Origin: Acidobacteriota bacterium
GTDB lineage: Bacteria; Acidobacteriota; UBA890; WLXD01
Length of the DNA stretch: 64,000 nt
NCBI GenBank assembly: GCA_963666055.2
Contig: CAXWPH010000006.1
Span: 32,001-96,000, forward strand
Direction of reading: 5' to 3'
The position numbers were made by a program, and so were the translations under genes. This document shows, piece after piece, positions 58,420 to 64,000 of the stretch. The stretch's first letter is position 1; each line of letters opens with the position of its first letter. The notes beneath the pieces are model-generated. The model made no database searches and was not told the DNA's origin. It saw nothing but the letters and a program-made list of their open reading frames with translations.

Positions 58420-59162
58420 CCGGCGCTCAGCGACGCGCCGCCGTCTACCGGCAGGATGGTGCCAGTTATGTAGTCCGGCGCTTCGGCGAAGAAGAGCACG
58501 CCGCGCGCTACGTCTTCGGGAGTCCCGGCAGACCCCGCTGGCACGCGGGCCAGCACCTCCTCGCGTTCTGCCTCCGACGTTCCCTCGGGGAACAGGATGG
58601 CGCCCGGCGCCACCCCGTTCACCTGTACGCGCGGCGCCAGAGCTTGAGCGCTGCAACGGGTCAGCGCATCGAGACCGCTCTTGGCAACGCAATACGCAGC
58701 GTAGTCCCCGAGTGGATGGATGCCGATGGTGCCGCAAATGTTAACAATGCGGCCCCGGCCCCGCTCCCACATCCGCTCCCCCACCAAGCGAGTGAGCCGG
58801 AAAGGCGCTTCGAGGTTCACGCTGAGATGGTATCGCCAGGTTGTCTCGTCCAGTTCGACGAATGCCCGGCGTTCGAAGACCGCGGCGTTGTTGACCAGCA
58901 GATCAAGCTCGCCGAGCTCGTCCCTGACCGCGTCGACGAGCTCGGTGACCGACCGCGGATTGGTGATGTCTGCCTGCAGCGCCGCCGCTTGCCCTCCGGC
59001 GCTCCGCAACTCCGACACCAGCTCGTTGGCCGGCTGCGCCGATCGCAGGTAATTGACCGCCACCGCGTAGCCTGCGCGCCCCAACGCCGTGCTGATAGCG
59101 CGCCCAACACGGATGGCGCCCCCGGTGACCAAGGCAACACGGTGCGGTGGTGTGGGGGGCAA
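58416..59162 (-). CDS. SDR oxidoreductase, pteridine reductase/FolM-like
   Basis: TGGAIRVG, VNNAA, YCVAK, APRVQVNGVAPG. Confidence 0.9.
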   Translation of the reverse strand: MPPTPPHRVALVTGGAIRVGRAISTALGRAGYAVAVNYLRSAQPANELVSELRSAGGQAAALQADITNPRSVTELVDAVRDELGELDLLVNNAAVFERRAFVELDETTWRYHLSVNLEAPFRLTRLVGERMWERGRGRIVNICGTIGIHPLGDYAAYCVAKSGLDALTRCSAQALAPRVQVNGVAPGAILFPEGTSEAEREEVLARVPAGSAGTPEDVARGVLFFAEAPDYITGTILPVDGGASLSAG

Positions 59163-59364
59163 GAGTCCCTCTCGGAAGGAACAGCGGCATCAACCAGTCG
59201 TGGTCTCGGGGGCCCCGCGCGGGCCCTGCTGAAGTGTAGTGGCTGGCGAGCGGCCCAGCATACGAGCGCGTCCGTGTCGCGACACATCCGTCACCGCGGC
59301 AAGAGTTAGGATGATCTCTGACCGATCGACCGAGCCCCGTCAACACCATCCACCACCCGCGCCG

Positions 59365-60642
59365 ATGCCTCAAATTGTCGTCTACACCAAGTCGTTCTGC
59401 TCATACTGCAGCTGGGCCAAGAACCTGCTCGCAGCGAAGGGCGTGGAATGGGACGAGATCAACGTCTCGACCGACCCGGCTCGCTTCGCGGAGATGATCG
59501 AGCGCTCCAACGGCCGTGCCACCGCGCCACAGATATTCATCGACGATCTGCACATCGGCGGGTTCGACGAGCTCGCCACGCTCGAGACGCGCGGCGAACT
59601 GGACCCGCTGCTGAGCCCCGACCGCGATGGCCACAACGGCGCCGGGGTTGTGGACGCCGATAGCCCTACCACAACCCCGCAGAAGGAGGTGGCTGAGAGC
59701 CATCGTGAGCTGATCATCGTCGGCTCCGGCTGCGCCGGCCTGACAGCGGCCATCTATAGTGCCCGCGCCAACTTGGCACCGCTGGTGATCACCGGTCGCG
59801 AGCTAGGTGGACAGCTCTACACGACAACGGATGTCGAGAACTTTCCGGGGTTTCCAGACGGCATCCAAGGACCCGACCTCATCGACCGAATGCGGGCGCA
59901 GGCGGAGCGATTCGGCGCCGAGCTCGTGTTCGGTCACGTTGCCAGCCTTCAGCTCAGTGAGCACCCCTTCAGAGTCGTCCTGGAGGGTAGTGTCGAGCAC
60001 ACCTGCGATGCGCTGATCATTGCCACGGGGGCATCGCCAAAAGCCCTGGGTGTACCCGGCGAGATGGAGCTGCGCGGCTACGGCGTCTCCACCTGCGCGA
60101 CGTGCGATGCAGCCTTCTTCCGCGATCGACCCGTAGCGATCGTCGGCGGCGGTGACTCCGCCATGGAAGAGGCGCTGTTCCTCACCAAGTTCGCGTCCTC
60201 GGTGACGCTTCTACACCGACGCGACGAGCTCCGGGCCAGCCCCATCATGGCGGGACGCGTTCTGGAGCACGAGAAGATCGATATCCTGTGGAACACCCAG
60301 GTCGAGGAGTTCGTCGGCACGTCAGAAACGGGACTCACCGGCGTGCGAGTGATCAACAATCAAACTGGTGAGAGTGCTGACCTGCAGGTCGACGGCTGCT
60401 TCATCGCCATCGGTCACGACCCCAACACCGAAGTGCTGGTCGACTGGCCGATCCGGCTCGATGAGCTAGGCTACGTAGCCGACGACGAACGGCCGCTGCC
60501 CAGCACGGCGATCGACGGCGTGTTCGTGGCGGGCGATATTCACGACCACCACTACCGGCAGGCAATCACCGCCGCGGGATATGGCTGCCGCGCCGCCCTC
60601 GATGCCGAAAAGTGGCTCACCAAGAGGCTCATGGGAGCCTGA
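59365..60642 (+). CDS. trxB: Glutaredoxin-thioredoxin reductase fusion
   Basis: Grx: CSYC, TAPQIFI, IGGFDEL; linker; TrxB: [38 protein letters not shown]. Confidence 0.92.
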   Translation: MPQIVVYTKSFCSYCSWAKNLLAAKGVEWDEINVSTDPARFAEMIERSNGRATAPQIFIDDLHIGGFDELATLETRGELDPLLSPDRDGHNGAGVVDADSPTTTPQKEVAESHRELIIVGSGCAGLTAAIYSARANLAPLVITGRELGGQLYTTTDVENFPGFPDGIQGPDLIDRMRAQAERFGAELVFGHVASLQLSEHPFRVVLEGSVEHTCDALIIATGASPKALGVPGEMELRGYGVSTCATCDAAFFRDRPVAIVGGGDSAMEEALFLTKFASSVTLLHRRDELRASPIMAGRVLEHEKIDILWNTQVEEFVGTSETGLTGVRVINNQTGESADLQVDGCFIAIGHDPNTEVLVDWPIRLDELGYVADDERPLPSTAIDGVFVAGDIHDHHYRQAITAAGYGCRAALDAEKWLTKRLMGA

Positions 60643-60644
60643 GC

Positions 60645-61283
60645 CTAGCAGGGCCGCGCGGTAAGAAACGGGTTGGTGCGCCGCTCCTGACCCAGTGTCG
60701 TTTCCGGGCCATGGCCAGGAAGCACGGTGACCTCTTCGCCGAGAGGTAGCAACACGGTGCGAATCGACTGCATCAGGACTTCGTAGCTGCCGCCCGGCAG
60801 ATCAGTGCGGCCGATCGAGCCGGCAAACAGGCAATCACCCGAAACCACGACATCGAGATCAGCGAACCAGAAGGCCACGTGTCCTGGCGCGTGACCCGGG
60901 ACGTGCAGCACTCGGGCGCGCAGCCCTCCCAGCACCATCACCTCGTCAGTTTCAAGCCAGCGGGTCGGTGTCGGCAACGGTGGCACATGAAGCCCGAACG
61001 TCGCCGCCTGCTGCTCGACCGCGTCGTATAGCGGTCGATCGAGCGGGTGGAGCGCCAGCGACGCACCGGTCGCGTCTACCGCCTCGGCAACACCCGCGAC
61101 GTGATCGATGTGAGCATGAGTGAGCCAGATCTGCTCCACGTCGAGCCCCTGTTGCCCAGCAACGGCGAGCAACTCCGTGACGTGACCACCCGGATCGACA
61201 AGCGCCGCAGCACCGGTTTCGGGGCAGCCGATCAACCACGAGTTCTCGCTGAACGGCGCCACCACCTCAACGTGTCGAAACAT
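60645..61283 (-). CDS. MBL-fold metallo-hydrolase (glyoxalase II-like)
   Basis: THAHIDH, PGHAPG, SGDCLF, GRTD, PGHG. Confidence 0.93.
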   Translation of the reverse strand: MFRHVEVVAPFSENSWLIGCPETGAAALVDPGGHVTELLAVAGQQGLDVEQIWLTHAHIDHVAGVAEAVDATGASLALHPLDRPLYDAVEQQAATFGLHVPPLPTPTRWLETDEVMVLGGLRARVLHVPGHAPGHVAFWFADLDVVVSGDCLFAGSIGRTDLPGGSYEVLMQSIRTVLLPLGEEVTVLPGHGPETTLGQERRTNPFLTARPC

Positions 61284-61322
61284 GCGTAGCCAGCTCCCTG
61301 GGTTGGCTCCGTGGTTGGCCTG

Positions 61323-63557
61323 CTAGTGCGCCGGTGTGATGGGTAGGATAGGCGCGACGCCATCGAGCGCCTCGCGAATGCGCTCAGCCAGGGTGGTGTT
61401 GCGAGCTGACGGCGATGCGTTGCCGACGGCGCGGGCGAGCGCCTCGCGACTGCTGATCAGCACCGCAACCCGCTGAGCCCGGGTCAACGCCGTGTAGAGC
61501 AGATTGCGCTGCAGCATGATGTGGTGCTCCGGCATGAGAACGATCACGACGGCGGGATACTCGCTCCCCTGACTCTTATGCACCGAGATAGCGTATGCTA
61601 GCGTCAGGTCGGTCGCAGCGTTACGGTCGTAGCCCACCAGGCGACCGTCAAAATCGACCGTCAAGCCCTCCTCCGGATCGGCGATCACCACGTGCCCGAT
61701 ATCGCCGTTGAACACCTCGCGATCGTAGTCGTTGCGCAGCTGCATGACTCGGTCCCCGACACCTAGCATCGGGTTCTCCGACAACGCCGCCACCGAACCA
61801 GGGTTGAGCGCCGCCTGAAGCTCGGAGTTGAGTCGGCTTACCCCGCAGCGGCCCCGGTGCATCGGCGCCAGCACCTGCACGTCGCGCATGGGGTCCAGCC
61901 CGAAGCGCCGGGGAATACGCTGTGTAACCAGCCGTTGCACGAGCGCACGAGCGCGGTCCGGATCGCGCTCATCAATCATGTAGAAGTCTGCATCGGGCTC
62001 ATCGGCCGATGCCGGAGCCTCGGGAACCTGGCCAGCGTTCACCCGATGTGCGTTCCGCACGATGAGGCTCGCGCGTGCCTGGCGAAAGATTCGCCGCAAC
62101 CGCACTGTGGGCACGCGCTCCGACGCAATGAGATCGCGTAATACCGCTCCGGGACCAACGGGAGGCAGTTGGTCGGCATCGCCAACCATCAGCAGTCGCG
62201 CGTCCGGTCGCAACGCGGCGATGAACGCGTCCATGAGTACCAGATCGACCATGGAGAACTCGTCAATCACCGCGAGATCAGCGTCGATGGGATTATCCGG
62301 CCCACGACCGAAGCCTTGTCCATACCCGAACTCGAGTAGACGGTGGATCGTCTTGGCCTCGCGCCCCGTCGCCTGCTCCATCCGCTTGGCGGCGCGGCCG
62401 GTCGGAGCCGCAAGGGCGACGCGCAAGTCAAGCATGGCGGCACACCGGACAATCGCATCGACCAGCGTCGTCTTGCCGGTGCCAGGGCCGCCGGTGACTA
62501 CCACCAGGCGGCCGAGAAGCGCGGCCTCGAGGGCGCTGCGTTGCTCCTCCGCGAGGCCGAGCTCGAGGCCCGCCTCGACTTGGCGTACCACGCCGATCAC
62601 GCGGCCGCTCTCGTCCGCCGGCTCGCACACGGTCGAAGCTCCCAGCACGGCTAGCCGACGCGCCACTCGCAGCTCCGCGGCATGCAAACCGGTCATGTAG
62701 ACCCGCGGGTCTGCGTCGCCGGCCGGCTCCACCACCACCTCGCGCCGTTGCGCCAGGGCATCGACTGTCGACAGCAGAGCGCGCCAGTCCTCGAGCTCGA
62801 GCAACTTGGCCGCCGCCGCCTGCAGATCGGAACGCAAGAGGAAACAGTTGCCCCGGCCGGCTGCCGCGAGCAGCGCCTCCGCCAACCCCGCCATCAACCG
62901 CTCAGGAGCGTCCGGGGCGATGCCCAATCGCATTGCCAGTCCATCGGCGGTGCGAAACCCGATGCCGCGCACCTCGCGGGCGAGCGCGTAGGGATCCCTC
63001 TTGACCCGGCGGATGGTCTCCTCTCCCAAGGTGCGCACGACTCTCTCGGCAAGCGCCGGACCCAGCCCAAGCCCCTGAAGAAAGATCCGCGCCTGTCGAT
63101 GCGCGGTTTTCTCCAACCATCCTGCCTTGATTTGCTCGAGCCTCTTGGCGCCGATGCCGCGCACCGTGAGGAGACGATCTGGCTCTTCATCCAGAACGCG
63201 CAGCGTGTCGGTGCCGAAGCGCTCAACGAGCCGCTTGGCGAACTCAGGGCCGATCCCGGGGATCACGCCGGAAGCAAGGTAGCGCCGCGCCCCGCTCTCG
63301 CTCTGGGGCTCGGCGGGTATGCTTGCGCGCGCCCGAAATTGCCTGCCGTAGCGCCGATCCGTTTCCCATTCGCCCTCGACCTCGATGCACTCGCCAGCAA
63401 AGAGCGGGGCCAGTGGACCCACGACGGTAACCAATCCACCATCGTCGGTCTCGAAGTGCACTACAGCCCAGCCCGTGTCGCGGTTCTCGAACACCACACG
63501 GGCAACGGTGCCTCGAAGCCGTCCGTCGAACAGCGACGGCTCCTGCGCTCGTGCCAT
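61323..63557 (-). CDS. recD2: RecD2-like ATP-dependent helicase
   Basis: HhH GIG motifs, GGPGTGKT, APTGRAAKR, DE, GDADQLP, HKSQGSEY. Confidence 0.93.
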   Translation of the reverse strand: MARAQEPSLFDGRLRGTVARVVFENRDTGWAVVHFETDDGGLVTVVGPLAPLFAGECIEVEGEWETDRRYGRQFRARASIPAEPQSESGARRYLASGVIPGIGPEFAKRLVERFGTDTLRVLDEEPDRLLTVRGIGAKRLEQIKAGWLEKTAHRQARIFLQGLGLGPALAERVVRTLGEETIRRVKRDPYALAREVRGIGFRTADGLAMRLGIAPDAPERLMAGLAEALLAAAGRGNCFLLRSDLQAAAAKLLELEDWRALLSTVDALAQRREVVVEPAGDADPRVYMTGLHAAELRVARRLAVLGASTVCEPADESGRVIGVVRQVEAGLELGLAEEQRSALEAALLGRLVVVTGGPGTGKTTLVDAIVRCAAMLDLRVALAAPTGRAAKRMEQATGREAKTIHRLLEFGYGQGFGRGPDNPIDADLAVIDEFSMVDLVLMDAFIAALRPDARLLMVGDADQLPPVGPGAVLRDLIASERVPTVRLRRIFRQARASLIVRNAHRVNAGQVPEAPASADEPDADFYMIDERDPDRARALVQRLVTQRIPRRFGLDPMRDVQVLAPMHRGRCGVSRLNSELQAALNPGSVAALSENPMLGVGDRVMQLRNDYDREVFNGDIGHVVIADPEEGLTVDFDGRLVGYDRNAATDLTLAYAISVHKSQGSEYPAVVIVLMPEHHIMLQRNLLYTALTRAQRVAVLISSREALARAVGNASPSARNTTLAERIREALDGVAPILPITPAH

Positions 63558-63564
63558 CGGCCGA

Positions 63565-64000
63565 TCAGATATGTAGCGGGCGGCCGTCAACCGCCAGCGC
63601 GGCTTCCTTGAACGCCTCCGACAACGTGGGGTGCGCGTGGACGGTTAACGCAAGGTCTTCAGCGTAGCCGCCGTACCCCATTGCCACGACCGCCTCGTGA
63701 ATCAGATGCCCGGCCTCCGGGCCAACGCAGTGAACTCCCAGGATCACGTCGGTGTCGGCGTCGGCGATCACCTTCACCCAACCCTCCATGTCATCGCGCG
63801 CGCGTGCCCGGCCGTTGCCGCGGAACGGAAAGCGGCCAACCTTGAGTCTGTGCCCGCGCAGCTTGGCCTCCTCTTCCTTGAGTCCCACCGAGGCGAGCTC
63901 CGGATGGGTGAACACAACCGCAGGGATCGCGTCGTACTCCATCGCGGCGGCTCGGCCGGCGATACATTCCGCCGCAACAACACCCTCGTCCATGGCCACG
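63565..64000 (-). CDS. lpdA: Dihydrolipoyl dehydrogenase, 3' part only
   Basis: IPAVVFTHPE, FPFRGNGRA, HAHPTLSE; truncated by window edge. Confidence 0.9.
   Translation of the reverse strand, partial: VAMDEGVVAAECIAGRAAAMEYDAIPAVVFTHPELASVGLKEEEAKLRGHRLKVGRFPFRGNGRARARDDMEGWVKVIADADTDVILGVHCVGPEAGHLIHEAVVAMGYGGYAEDLALTVHAHPTLSEAFKEAALAVDGRPLHI

Noticed and set aside
60645-60656. CTAGCAGGGCCG as another MITE end
   Set aside because: Match is short and lies inside the coding end of the MBL gene; chance similarity is plausible

Overview
GC-rich bacterial chromosomal window; gene content suggests Acidobacteriota or a similar lineage (inference). (1) 1-11.2 kb is a respiratory cluster: a Rieske/split cytochrome b complex with an octaheme cytochrome c, a cupredoxin-like lipoprotein, ctaA, ctaB and DUF420. 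(2) ~11.2-22.5 kb is a visibly less GC-rich accessory/defence-like island. It holds an ApeA-type HEPN gene, an IS110-family element whose long 3' non-coding end contains guide-like matches to its own target and ends, a truncated PH-domain gene, and a tightly packed operon of Ser/Thr kinase-SAMHD1-like HD fusion + class III nucleotide cyclase + orphan N4-C DNA methyltransferase. That operon is the best candidate for an undescribed anti-phage system. (3) 22.6-64 kb is mostly ordinary: secreted hydrolases, hutU/hutI, a MacAB-TolC-like exporter, a glycoside hydrolase lipoprotein with a probable CTG start, a peptidoglycan-recycling cluster, a Grx-TrxB fusion, recD2 and partial lpdA. A family of CTAG-targeting MITE-like repeats is scattered through it, often at stop codons. 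No rRNA, tRNA or CRISPR array was recognised. All calls come from motif reading by eye; no searches were run.
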